The notes: generated from the sequence alone by a model not told the origin. Counted from the stretch's first letter, positions 1 to 9,684 are shown. The stretch is DNA of 64,000 nucleotides from an uncultured virus (IMG/VR IMGVR_UViG_3300003860_000003) (IMGVR_UViG_3300003860_000003:62001-126000), one strand, 5' to 3'. Made by a program: numbers and translations.

Positions 1-708
1 GATGCAACAGATGAAAATACAATAGCATTAATAGAAGCTGCAAATATTGTATTAAATGAAAAAGGAGTTTGGGAAAAAATAAAAGATTATTCTATGGCTA
101 CAAATTTAACTGGACAAGGTGAAATCAATATACTTAAAAGTGTTGAAGGCGCTGCTCAATATAGAGCTGCAGTAATCGAGCAATCTTTATTATCATCTAC
201 TAATAGACCATTAGATAATAATGCGGGTATACCTCATGTAGCTCCTAATGCAGTATCAGGAAATTTAAATGAAGAACCAACAATGTTAAGAGGAACTGCA
301 TCAAGTAATCTAAATGATCAATCATTAGTATCTGATATTAATCGTGGAACATCATCAGAACGTTTAGATTCAAATACAGAAGGTTCTGCTTTAAATGAAG
401 GAAAAGCGTCTGAACGTTTATCTTCAACTACAGAAGGATCAGGTGTTACTAGAGGAAAAGCATCTGATCATTTATCAGAAAATGTAGATGGCGGAATGAA
501 ATTACAAAAATCATCAACAGGTTTGTCTAATGAAATTGCAGATGGCGCAGCAATTAAAATGGAAACACCAAATGTTAGAACAAAAACAATACCTACAACT
601 AGAATAATAGAAGCAACACCATCAACTATATTAAATAATAAAATAGAAGGCGATCTTTTAAAACAACCTAAAGTAAGTCAAGCAACTAATAGTAAATTAG
701 AACAATGA
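1..708 (+). CDS. Hypothetical protein, 5'-truncated, with degenerate ~19-aa repeats
   Basis: The frame is open from base 1 (DATDENTIALIEAA...) into the ATG at 94. Internal repeats: RGTASSNL / RGTSSERL / EGKASERL / RGKASDHL. Confidence 0.7.
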   Translation, partial: DATDENTIALIEAANIVLNEKGVWEKIKDYSMATNLTGQGEINILKSVEGAAQYRAAVIEQSLLSSTNRPLDNNAGIPHVAPNAVSGNLNEEPTMLRGTASSNLNDQSLVSDINRGTSSERLDSNTEGSALNEGKASERLSSTTEGSGVTRGKASDHLSENVDGGMKLQKSSTGLSNEIADGAAIKMETPNVRTKTIPTTRIIEATPSTILNNKIEGDLLKQPKVSQATNSKLEQ

Positions 709-1751
709 AATTCTACGCATATAGAAAATGGTTAAATGAAAAGTTTTCTGATCAATCTGATCCAATAAAAGATTTGGGTATAGGCCGTCCTTATTTACAA
801 AATTTATGGAAAGAGGAAATAAAAAGAATGGGGCCTATAAGTACAACAACGTTCTATAATAAAAATTTTCGAGATAAAAAGAAAACAGATGCTGAAAAAA
901 CTATATGTGTTATGCTTCTTTATTTTACTTTAAAAGAACTGACAATTAACGCAAATGATAATATAGCATTTAAAAATGCATTCGAACATACTGAAAACGC
1001 ATATAGTCATGAATGGGAAAATATTAAAGTAATAGATATGGTTGAACAAGTTATTAAATTATTAAATAGTAAATATCATACAAACATTTCGCCAAATACG
1101 TCAGTAAATGAAAAATTTAAAGAAGAATCAGATCCAGTTCATGATATGGGTATTGGAATTGAAAGAATAATGGATGATTATTTTAGAGATAAATTATATC
1201 CTTTATATTTTAATGATATTCGCTCAAGATTAAGACAAAGTATTGTAGATAATAAAATAGAATTCGTTAAATATCTTATACCAAAAGTTCCTAATTTAAA
1301 TTATAATTATGGTGATTATTTAGAAACAGCAGTAAATTATAATAACTTTGAAATAGTTAAAATGTTAGTTGAAGCAGGAGCAAATGTAAATGCAAATCCT
1401 TGTATACTTAGAAATACAACGGTATATGACAATATACCTATGTTAGAATATTTAATTAACAATGGCGCAAATACTGGCATTGGATATAATAGAGATTTAT
1501 TTTTAGTAGCAGTTAATGCTGGACATAAAAATGTTATACAATATCTGTTAGATAATATAGATATAGATAAAGAAATTTTAGATGCTGCATTAACTAGTGC
1601 TTGTGACAGAGGAGATTTGAAAATGATAGAATTTTTAGTAGAAAAAGGCGCAAAAGTAAATAGTCTTTTAAAAATGTTATTGAAAAAATGGTCTCAACAA
1701 CGTAGAAGAATAAGAGTTTATGACTTATTAAAAAAATATGAATTATTTTAA
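705..1751 (+). CDS. Ankyrin-repeat protein with two EKF..DPxxDMGIG tags (putative internal head polyprotein)
   Basis: Ankyrin-like repeats (AVNYNNFEIVKMLVEAGANVN, ACDRGDLKMIEFLVEKGAKVN). Tags at 705-785 and 1104-1157. Confidence 0.85.
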   Translation: MKFYAYRKWLNEKFSDQSDPIKDLGIGRPYLQNLWKEEIKRMGPISTTTFYNKNFRDKKKTDAEKTICVMLLYFTLKELTINANDNIAFKNAFEHTENAYSHEWENIKVIDMVEQVIKLLNSKYHTNISPNTSVNEKFKEESDPVHDMGIGIERIMDDYFRDKLYPLYFNDIRSRLRQSIVDNKIEFVKYLIPKVPNLNYNYGDYLETAVNYNNFEIVKMLVEAGANVNANPCILRNTTVYDNIPMLEYLINNGANTGIGYNRDLFLVAVNAGHKNVIQYLLDNIDIDKEILDAALTSACDRGDLKMIEFLVEKGAKVNSLLKMLLKKWSQQRRRIRVYDLLKKYELF

Positions 1752-1753
1752 CG

Positions 1754-2455
1754 ATGACAAAATTTTCAGCATATAGAAAATGGATAAATGAAAAATTTTC
1801 AGAAGAATCCGATCCTATACAAGATATGGGAATTGGAATGGAACACGCTATTAATACTTGGTTTGAAAAAAGCGGCCGTAGTTATCCAAATGCAAGTTCT
1901 TCTGCTCATTCTAAATTATTAGCATGCATATCATCTAATAAACCTGAATTTGTTTCTTATTTATATAGACAAGCAAAAAAATCTATTACACGTAGTAATT
2001 ATCAAGATAGTGATTATTTAAGATACACAATTGTATATAATAATTTAGAAATACTTAAAATATTAGTTGAAGAAGGCGTTGATTTAAATATGTCTAATGG
2101 AAAATTTCTTGTGCAAGCTTGTACTAAAGGTAATTCCTTAATGGTTAAATTTATGATAGATCATGGAGCAGACGTAAACTTAGAAAATTCAAGAGCATTT
2201 TATATGACAGCTAAAACTGATCATGTTCATATACTTCAATTATTAATAGACAATGGAATACAATTAACTCCTGAAGTATTAAGTAATTCTTTAGCAACAG
2301 CTTGTTATAATGGAAAAATTAAAACTGCTGAATTTATTATAAAACTTGGAGCAACAGTGAATTCTAATTTATCTCGTAATCTTCTTTATTGGAAAGTAAA
2401 AAATAGAAGAATACGAATAATAAAATTATTACAAAAATATAAACTAATACATTAA
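1754..2455 (+). CDS. Ankyrin-repeat protein with N-terminal tag
   Basis: Starts MTKFSAYRKWINEKFSEESDPIQDMGIG, then repeats such as ACTKGNSLMVKFMIDHGADVN. Paralogous to the C-terminal half of the previous ORF. Confidence 0.85.
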   Translation: MTKFSAYRKWINEKFSEESDPIQDMGIGMEHAINTWFEKSGRSYPNASSSAHSKLLACISSNKPEFVSYLYRQAKKSITRSNYQDSDYLRYTIVYNNLEILKILVEEGVDLNMSNGKFLVQACTKGNSLMVKFMIDHGADVNLENSRAFYMTAKTDHVHILQLLIDNGIQLTPEVLSNSLATACYNGKIKTAEFIIKLGATVNSNLSRNLLYWKVKNRRIRIIKLLQKYKLIH

Positions 2456-2456
2456 T

Positions 2457-3236
2457 ATGCCATATACATCTGATATAGATTTTATTCAACATGATTATCA
2501 CGATAATGACTGGATTGGAATTGTAGTTAACACTAAAGATACTACATTTTCAGGAAGATGTCAAGTTAAAGTATTGGGTTTATTTGATGGAATAGAAGAT
2601 AAATATTTACCATGGGCTGTTCCTATAAATTCTACAATATTTGCCGGTGATGGCGCTGGATCTCTTTCTGTTCCTAAAGTTGGCCAATTTGTAAGAATTC
2701 AATTTAATAATGGTGATATGTATGCGCCAGAATATACAACTATTCAAAATATTGACACTGAACTTATTAAAAAAATTAAAGATGATTATCAAGGAACTCA
2801 TGTTCTTCTATATGATCCTGAACAAGAACTTACTGTTATATTTCAAGTTAAAAGTGGATTTCAAATTTATTTTAAAGAATCATATATTCAAATAACACCA
2901 GATACGTTAATAACTTTATCAACTCCTAATAATGATTCAATTATTCAAATGGATGGTGATGTTATTAATGTAACTACGAAAAATGAAGTTCATATAGCTG
3001 CAGCAGCATTAGCAGAAGTTACTGCTGATGAAGTTATAGTTAATGGAAGTCAAAAAACTAAAATTGGTCCAGGCCCATATCAAACAGCAGTTGGAGGAGA
3101 ACCTTTAATTGCGTTATTATCAACAATGGCTGCAAGTTTAGATCAAAAATTTCCGGCAACACCTGGAGTAAACGTAGGGCTTGTTGAAGCAACTAAACAA
3201 ACTATTTTATCAACTAATGTTCTTATAAGTGTATAA
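2457..3236 (+). CDS. Baseplate hub/spike protein, gp5/VgrG-like N-terminal OB fold, no lysozyme domain
   Basis: WIGIVVNTKD..SGRCQVKVLG...LPWA...SVPKVGQFVRIQF.NGD..PEY matches the gp5 OB-fold pattern, followed by a beta-rich C-terminus. Confidence 0.8.
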   Translation: MPYTSDIDFIQHDYHDNDWIGIVVNTKDTTFSGRCQVKVLGLFDGIEDKYLPWAVPINSTIFAGDGAGSLSVPKVGQFVRIQFNNGDMYAPEYTTIQNIDTELIKKIKDDYQGTHVLLYDPEQELTVIFQVKSGFQIYFKESYIQITPDTLITLSTPNNDSIIQMDGDVINVTTKNEVHIAAAALAEVTADEVIVNGSQKTKIGPGPYQTAVGGEPLIALLSTMAASLDQKFPATPGVNVGLVEATKQTILSTNVLISV

Positions 3237-3249
3237 AATAAAAAATATA

Positions 3250-3654
3250 ATGAAATTTAAAAGTTATAAAAATTGGTTAAATGAATCACGACTTATTAAA
3301 GTAGATAATTATGATTTACCTATTGTTATAGTTAAAAAGGAAGATTGGCCAGAAGGAAAAAATGATCCTACTGAATTTGATTCTGATGATAATGTAGTAA
3401 GAATTAGAAGTGACTATGATTATAAAAAAGACCCTCTTAATTGGATGAAACATGAATTAATTCATTATCTTTTATATAAAAAAGGTTCTAAAGATGATGG
3501 TAAAGAATATCCTACTAATAATACAGAAAGAGTTGCATATACATATCAATTTAAAAAATTTAAACGGCAAGGTATTAAAAAGTTTGAAGATTTGCCAGAT
3601 TTAGGAAAAAAGCAGCATGAAAAAATATTAAAAAAATACTGGGAAGATGCATAA
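3250..3654 (+). CDS. Small zincin-like (HExxH) protein with capsid-targeting-like leader
   Basis: HELIH motif plus a downstream E (NTERVAY). The likely start is ATG 3250 (MKFKSYKNWLNE); the ORF track begins at 3229. Confidence 0.6.
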   Translation: MKFKSYKNWLNESRLIKVDNYDLPIVIVKKEDWPEGKNDPTEFDSDDNVVRIRSDYDYKKDPLNWMKHELIHYLLYKKGSKDDGKEYPTNNTERVAYTYQFKKFKRQGIKKFEDLPDLGKKQHEKILKKYWEDA

Positions 3655-4204
3655 ATTTATAACTTTTAAAAATTGGCTATCAGAAGAAAAAACGCAATCT
3701 AAAAAATTAGATTATGGTTGTGTTATGTTATATGCAGATGTTCCAAACTGGAATGAGCACTTATCTATTATTGAAAAAGATGATATTTATGATGATGAAT
3801 TTAAAGATTTTGGTTTAGAACATAAACCTCATTGCACTTTATTATTTGGACTTCATCTAAATGAAGTCGATCCAAATGATGTTAAAGAATTTATGAAAAC
3901 TTTTGAACCTGTTGAATCTACTATTAAAGAAATTTCCATATTTAAATGTGATGATTATGATGTTGTAAAATATGATGTTCCTATATCTGAAGAACTTCAA
4001 ATGTATCATGATTTGCTTGAAAGAAGATTTCCAAATACTCAATCTTTTCCAGACTATCATCCTCATATGACTCTTGCTTATGTTCTTCCAAAAACAGGAA
4101 AAAAATACACAAAAAAAATTAAGCCCTTTAAAGTTAAATTTGATACTGTAGTTTATACATATAATAAAGGAAAACAAAGACAAGAGATAAAAGTTAAATT
4201 GTAA
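3647..4204 (+). CDS. 2H phosphoesterase, T4 57B/Acb1-like
   Basis: Two HxT motifs (PHCTL, PHMTL) about 78 aa apart; leader MHKFITFKNWLSE. Confidence 0.75.
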   Translation: MHKFITFKNWLSEEKTQSKKLDYGCVMLYADVPNWNEHLSIIEKDDIYDDEFKDFGLEHKPHCTLLFGLHLNEVDPNDVKEFMKTFEPVESTIKEISIFKCDDYDVVKYDVPISEELQMYHDLLERRFPNTQSFPDYHPHMTLAYVLPKTGKKYTKKIKPFKVKFDTVVYTYNKGKQRQEIKVKL

Positions 4205-7200
4205 TGGGATTATTAAATAAAGCAAAATTATTAGTCAAGAAAAAAACAGAAATGGCTAAAGCTGATGCCAAATTTAAAATTAATTTGGAATTAGAAAAAT
4301 TATTTGCGAGTATTCCTAAGAAAATAGATTTATTAAAAATAGCTGCCATGGCAGCTTTAGCATTAATACTTAGTAAGATTTTAAAAGGTGGATATAGTAA
4401 AGAAGATACTGCAAAATTTTTAAGAACTGATATAAGAGCAAAAACAATATTAAAGTTTACAGCTAAAGAAATCGACAATTCAAATTTATCACAAATATTA
4501 TTAGCATGTCATAATGAAGCATCAATAGATAATATTCCTATTCTAAATGATAATTTAACTGCGCCAGAAATCTTAAATACGATAAGCAGTTTAAATAATA
4601 TAGAAAAAGAAATTAATAAAAATAAAGTGCAACAATTAAAATTACAAATTAATTCAGCATTAGTTATTGCTGCTGGAGCATATTTAACATACAATTTTAT
4701 TAAAGACATAAATATTAAAGAAGGAATAAATGCTGAGAAAGAAGCATTGAAACTACAAACAAATCAATTTCAAGAAAAACTACAAACATATAAATATTTA
4801 CTTCAACATAATGTTGATATGACTAAAGATTTATTAACTAAAACTGTTCATCCCTCAAAATATAGAACCAAATATATTCAAAAATTAATTCGTAATACAT
4901 ATGCATTAATAAAAAGTGAATACGAAGAAATAAAAGATTCAACAGATAAAAGATTATCTTCAACTAAAAAACAATTTGAAGATTTAATGAATTCTTTTAA
5001 AAATATTGATGATATTTTAATAGCAATTACAGTAATAACTTCATTATATTTAATTAATAGAAAAAAATTACATAAACACTCTTCTCAAACTTTAAAAGTG
5101 ATAGCTACAGATGCTATATGTCAGAGTGATTTTGAGCCATTTAATGTTTCTATTAATAAGATTCCTTTTACATCGACTTTTAATTGTCCAGTCGTCATCG
5201 ATGATGTCATCGTGCCACACAGACCATTGGAAGAAAGATTAAAAAATACATCATGTGAAATTATTCAAAACGAAGAAACTACAGTTGAAGCTACAGTTAA
5301 TGAGGATTTAGTTACTATGGCTATTATACAAAATAATAGAAAAACTGATGCATTAATTTCATTTCTTCCTAAAGATTCTTTTGTAGATCAAAAGACTAAA
5401 ATTGCTAATTTAGGAACACAATCTATTTTTTCTCCTATTCCAGGATACATAGATGAAATAACTACCAATAAAATAGTTCTTAGAGATATATCGGAGCCTC
5501 CTGAAGATTACTTAACATCATTAATTAATTCTTTGAATGAAAAATATGCAACTTTAAACAGTGCAAAAGTATTTTTAAAATATTATTATATTAAAACACT
5601 ATATCCTATAATGTTGTCAATTTCTATTGTAGATGATGCATCTACTCATGATCAATATACAGGAATTAACAAACAATATGCAGGATTATTATTAACATAT
5701 AATTTAATTAATGAAGAACACGATAATAAAATTAAACAAATAGCTGGACAAGATAATGTTGAAAAACATGCAAAAAATGAAACATTAAATGAAATAAAAA
5801 AACAAATAGAAACAGAAGACGAAAAATTTTATAAACATTTAAATCTCTTAAGAGATATGGCACAAAATGCTGCTAAGTTAACAAAAGCTAAATCAAATGA
5901 ATATGATTTATTTGAATATTATTCATTAAATTTAGGTCCAGTATTTAATGGTATAGAAAATCCAACTAAATTAGAAATAGAAATACGAGATAAAATAAAT
6001 GAATTTATAAGAAAAAGATATGTTCTTGATGGATACAATAAAGATAAACTTGCACAAAAAATAAATGAAGGAATAAAAGAAATTGAAAAAGGATTATCAT
6101 TGGGTGATTGGTTTAAAAAAGCGATGGCTGTTTATTCACAAAATAAAAAATTATCTGATCTTAAATCTTGGTTAATGGGATTGGCAAATGATAATAGAAA
6201 ATTGGAAGGAAATGATAAATTAATTGCTGTTAATAGAGTTATGTTTTTATTCGAATTATATTTAAATGCTGATACGATAGTTAAAAAATATAATTTAATT
6301 AAAAAAGAAACTACACAACGAACAGAAACTGTTAAAGAAGGAAATTATCTTTTTACGTTTGTTGAAGCTCTATGGAAAGAATATTTAAAATTGCCTGTAG
6401 AAATAGAAGAATTGCAAAAACTTATTGATAGTATTTCCATGTTTACTACATATTCTATTACAGAATATAACGGAAAACAAGCAAGATTATATTCAATTGC
6501 AGAACCAAGAACCTGTGAATCAGAAGAAATTGATCCTTATATGAATCCTAAATCAAAATATGGATATGGTGATATTCAATATTGGTTAAAATATTGTTCA
6601 TATGCTACATTAGCAAGTGTAACAAATCCTGCAATGGGTTGGTCAACAGGCTGGATATTTCCAACCCCCATTCCTTTTCCAGTTGTGTATGTTCCAATAA
6701 AACCCATAAGTACGTCTTATGGAGTTATATTATTGGGATTAACTATATGCGGAATTTATTTATTTCCTTGGAGTTTATTTGTAAATCTTAATACAAATTT
6801 TGTAACGCCGTTTGGAGATCCTACGATTGCATTAAAAAATGAAATACAAGCACTCAAAAAAGAAATATCGGATCAGATAGCAAATTTGAAAAAAATTAGC
6901 ATAAAACCCCTTATGGATAAAGCTAAAGAAAATGTAGATAAATCTAAAGAAACTGTTAAAAGATTAAAAAGTGAACTTAAAAATCTTAAAGCTAATAAAC
7001 CTACAAAATATACAACAACGTCTTTAGAATATGCGAAAGCGTATGGAAATTGGGTTGAAGGCGTTGCAATATATTATGAAGCAATAGCAACCGAAAGTGG
7101 AAAATTATGGAAATATCAAACTGAATATGCTATTTTACGAGATGCATATTCAGGAGGCAAATCAGTAAAAGGTATTACAAGTTCTTTAGATTCAACAGAA

Positions 7201-7656
7201 AAATCTATTAACAATCAAATGAATACTTTAAATTCTATGGCTGATAATGTTAATAAAAGTATTGCTGCATTACCTATAGCGATAAGCCCAGACACAGCAA
7301 ATTTTGGATTAACTGCAAAAAATCCTAAACCAGTAATAAATATTGCAGGTGATTTGGATGATAATATAAATTATAATGTATTAAATAATATAACAGATAA
7401 ATTTAAACTAAAAAACGCAGATCTTTTATCTTCTAACTATGAAACTAAATTGAAAGGCACTGTTCTTGATTATAAAGCATATAAAAATACTCTAATAGCA
7501 TCGATGTCATTGATTACTACAAACGATCCTTTTCCAAGTTATCAATTACTTAGGCCTACTAATATTGCTTGGTTAAAATTTTTATATAAAGATTTTGTGC
7601 CAACTGGTGCGAAAACATATGGTTTTCCAGGTCAGTGGCCTTTACCATCTTTATAA
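4204..7656 (+). CDS. Large hypothetical protein (1150 aa), helical/coiled-coil with hydrophobic segments
   Basis: Long ORF with several hydrophobic stretches; no family recognised. Confidence 0.6.
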   Translation: MGLLNKAKLLVKKKTEMAKADAKFKINLELEKLFASIPKKIDLLKIAAMAALALILSKILKGGYSKEDTAKFLRTDIRAKTILKFTAKEIDNSNLSQILLACHNEASIDNIPILNDNLTAPEILNTISSLNNIEKEINKNKVQQLKLQINSALVIAAGAYLTYNFIKDINIKEGINAEKEALKLQTNQFQEKLQTYKYLLQHNVDMTKDLLTKTVHPSKYRTKYIQKLIRNTYALIKSEYEEIKDSTDKRLSSTKKQFEDLMNSFKNIDDILIAITVITSLYLINRKKLHKHSSQTLKVIATDAICQSDFEPFNVSINKIPFTSTFNCPVVIDDVIVPHRPLEERLKNTSCEIIQNEETTVEATVNEDLVTMAIIQNNRKTDALISFLPKDSFVDQKTKIANLGTQSIFSPIPGYIDEITTNKIVLRDISEPPEDYLTSLINSLNEKYATLNSAKVFLKYYYIKTLYPIMLSISIVDDASTHDQYTGINKQYAGLLLTYNLINEEHDNKIKQIAGQDNVEKHAKNETLNEIKKQIETEDEKFYKHLNLLRDMAQNAAKLTKAKSNEYDLFEYYSLNLGPVFNGIENPTKLEIEIRDKINEFIRKRYVLDGYNKDKLAQKINEGIKEIEKGLSLGDWFKKAMAVYSQNKKLSDLKSWLMGLANDNRKLEGNDKLIAVNRVMFLFELYLNADTIVKKYNLIKKETTQRTETVKEGNYLFTFVEALWKEYLKLPVEIEELQKLIDSISMFTTYSITEYNGKQARLYSIAEPRTCESEEIDPYMNPKSKYGYGDIQYWLKYCSYATLASVTNPAMGWSTGWIFPTPIPFPVVYVPIKPISTSYGVILLGLTICGIYLFPWSLFVNLNTNFVTPFGDPTIALKNEIQALKKEISDQIANLKKISIKPLMDKAKENVDKSKETVKRLKSELKNLKANKPTKYTTTSLEYAKAYGNWVEGVAIYYEAIATESGKLWKYQTEYAILRDAYSGGKSVKGITSSLDSTEKSINNQMNTLNSMADNVNKSIAALPIAISPDTANFGLTAKNPKPVINIAGDLDDNINYNVLNNITDKFKLKNADLLSSNYETKLKGTVLDYKAYKNTLIASMSLITTNDPFPSYQLLRPTNIAWLKFLYKDFVPTGAKTYGFPGQWPLPSL

Positions 7657-8499
7657 TTGTTTGTTTTCTTTTCGTTTTATCCATGCTAATTTTTGTTTCT
7701 CTTTAACCTCTGGTCTTTGCATTGCTAATTTTGTAGTTTCACTAGTTTTTATTTTAGCTTTAGAAGACTTATAATATTCTTTAACAGAATCTGATATAAT
7801 TTTTCGCTCTTGTTTTGATTTTATTTTTCCTAAATTTTTTCCTTTATTATTTTTACTATTTTTTTGTTTTATTTCTTTTGCACGTTCTTTTCCATATAAT
7901 TCTTCAAGGGTTTTTCCTAAATATAAATTCCTTAAGTGGTTCTTTTTTTCTTCAGATAAATGGGTTCCTTTAAAATGACTGCATTTTTTATACATCGGAT
8001 TTTTTTCTCCTAAATTAGCTTCTCTTTGTTTTTGTTTAGTTTTCGCTGAAACAATTTTATTTTTTTGTGCTAATCCTATTTTTTTCTTAGATTCTTCTGT
8101 ATGTTTTTTTCCTAAAAATGTTTTATGTTCTTTGCTTTTTTTACTTATTTTTTTTCTTGTTTCTTCTGATACAGGAGTATTACTAATTAGTTCTCTTGCA
8201 TATGCATAGTCTCTTGATGAAATTTTGTATTTTTCTTTTTTATTAAAGGCCATTCGATAAAATGCACACGCAATTTTTCTGTTTCCTTTATAAATATAAG
8301 TTAATAATTTATGACATATATAGTGTTCTTTAGCAGTTAATAAAACTAAATTATATTCATCATTTGTTCCGTCTAAGCATCGAGGAATTATATGATGATT
8401 TTCATAATATATATAATTTAAATTATTTTTTATAAGTTTTTTTCTATTTTCTAGTTTTGCTTTAGTTATTATAGCTTCATAAATTTTTTGATGATTCAT
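7651..8499 (-). CDS. HNH homing endonuclease with NUMOD3-like repeats
   Basis: YYENHHIIPRCLDGTNDEYNLVLLTAKEHYICHKLL; basic repeats GKKHTEESKKKI and SEETRKKIS. Confidence 0.85.
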   Translation of the reverse strand: MNHQKIYEAIITKAKLENRKKLIKNNLNYIYYENHHIIPRCLDGTNDEYNLVLLTAKEHYICHKLLTYIYKGNRKIACAFYRMAFNKKEKYKISSRDYAYARELISNTPVSEETRKKISKKSKEHKTFLGKKHTEESKKKIGLAQKNKIVSAKTKQKQREANLGEKNPMYKKCSHFKGTHLSEEKKNHLRNLYLGKTLEELYGKERAKEIKQKNSKNNKGKNLGKIKSKQERKIISDSVKEYYKSSKAKIKTSETTKLAMQRPEVKEKQKLAWIKRKENKQL

Positions 8500-8503
8500 T
8501 TTA

Positions 8504-8515
8504 TTTTATATATTC
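8504..8515 (-). promoter_or_regulatory. Candidate phage promoter box GAATATATAAAA
   Basis: Recurrent intergenic motif; directly upstream of the HNH gene. Confidence 0.5.
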
Positions 8516-8557
8516 ATACTGATTACCTAGTTAACTACCATATAATGCGCAAAAAGC

Positions 8558-8581
8558 AAAGGGAGCTATTTTGCTCCCTTT
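8558..8581. terminator. Intrinsic terminator hairpin downstream of Hsp20
   Basis: AAAGGGAGC-TATTTT-GCTCCCTTT flanked by A/T runs. Confidence 0.7.
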
Positions 8582-8608
8582 TATATGATCTGACGTTTGA
8601 TTGTTTTT

Positions 8609-9046
8609 TTACTTAATTTTAATTGTGTTTTTGATTATTTGTTTTTCTTCTGATCGTGGAATTGAAATTTTTAAAATTCCTTTATCCATAGAAGCTTCAA
8701 TTTGTTTAGGATCAAATTTATCAGAAATTTTCCATCCATGATTAAAAGATCTTTTCGCAATTGATCTCTGAATGTAATGTTTTCCTTCATTATTTTCTTC
8801 TTCTTGTTTTTCATAAGATACACGAAGAATTCCATCTTGTTCTTCAATTTGAATATCTTTTTTATCTATTCCTGCACACGCAATTTCAATGTTTAAAGAT
8901 TTATCATCTTCATGAATATCTACTGGATATTTGATTGTAGAATTTAATGCAGGCATAAAGAAAGAATCTCTATTAAAAAAATCACGAAATAGTACGTCCC
9001 AAGGTTCCATTTCGTTGTGGTCTAAAAATTTTACTAAGTTTGTCAT
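8609..9046 (-). CDS. Small heat shock protein (Hsp20/alpha-crystallin)
   Basis: YPVDIHED...IEIACAGIDKKDIQI...RSF...IEASMDKGILKISIP. Strong SD (AGGAGG) upstream. Confidence 0.92.
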   Translation of the reverse strand: MTNLVKFLDHNEMEPWDVLFRDFFNRDSFFMPALNSTIKYPVDIHEDDKSLNIEIACAGIDKKDIQIEEQDGILRVSYEKQEEENNEGKHYIQRSIAKRSFNHGWKISDKFDPKQIEASMDKGILKISIPRSEEKQIIKNTIKIK

Positions 9047-9111
9047 AGTTTTAACCTCCTAAGATAGTTATTTTAGTTTAATTTAAATTTGTCGTCAGAT
9101 CAAATTCATAA

Positions 9112-9121
9112 TTATATATTC
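9112..9121 (-). promoter_or_regulatory. Candidate promoter box GAATATATAA
   Basis: Upstream of Hsp20. Confidence 0.45.
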
Positions 9122-9200
9122 ATTAATAGAAACATAGTTTTTAATTTTGGTGTTAAAATTTTGTTAAATTTTCTTTATCATTAGGGTTTATAAAAATCTA

Positions 9201-9210
9201 AATATATAAA
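9201..9210 (+). promoter_or_regulatory. Candidate promoter box AATATATAAA
   Basis: Upstream of the tagged-gene cluster. Confidence 0.5.
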
Positions 9211-9214
9211 CTAT

Positions 9215-9684
9215 ATGAAAATAGTACGAGAACATATTAACGAGAAATTCAGAGAAGAATCAGATCCTGTTCATGATTTAGGCATTGGCATTGTAAAAAA
9301 TATAGAAAAATCTCCTGAAGATATAATAAAATATGATACCACTTTCAAATTTGAATATCTATCTACTATGAATAATAATTGGCATATAAGTGATAAAAAA
9401 ATATAAGAGGTTTAATTATAGATTTAGCCAACGAACAATTAAGAGTTCTTACATATTCTAATTTATTTAAAACTCTTGATGGAAAACCTTTAAATAAAAT
9501 TGAGTATTCTAAAAATCTTTTAAAACATGCTGGCATTTTGTATTTTATGGAAGACGAGGTAGATATTAAATCAAATTCGTCTAGTGCACCTCCTACTGAA
9601 TTTAATTGTTCAGAAGTAATTTTTAAAATAAAACCCAGTGTAATTGAATATTTTACTATCATAATGGGAGAACATTCGGCATGA
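9215..9684 (+). pseudogene. Tagged cargo gene interrupted by a -1 frameshift at an A7 run (9395-9401)
   Basis: The tagged ORF stops at 9406. The -1 frame is open from 9397 to TGA at 9684, which overlaps the next ATG, and resembles ORF 18543-19022. Confidence 0.7.

Noticed and set aside
705..2455. Eukaryotic giant virus origin suggested by ankyrin, collagen and LRR genes
   Set aside because: T4-like baseplate and neck genes, overlapping operon structure, intrinsic terminators and the S1-like gene point to a bacteriophage.
9366..9662. 98-aa minus-strand ORF
   Set aside because: It lies antisense to the frameshifted continuation of the tagged gene, which has paralog support.
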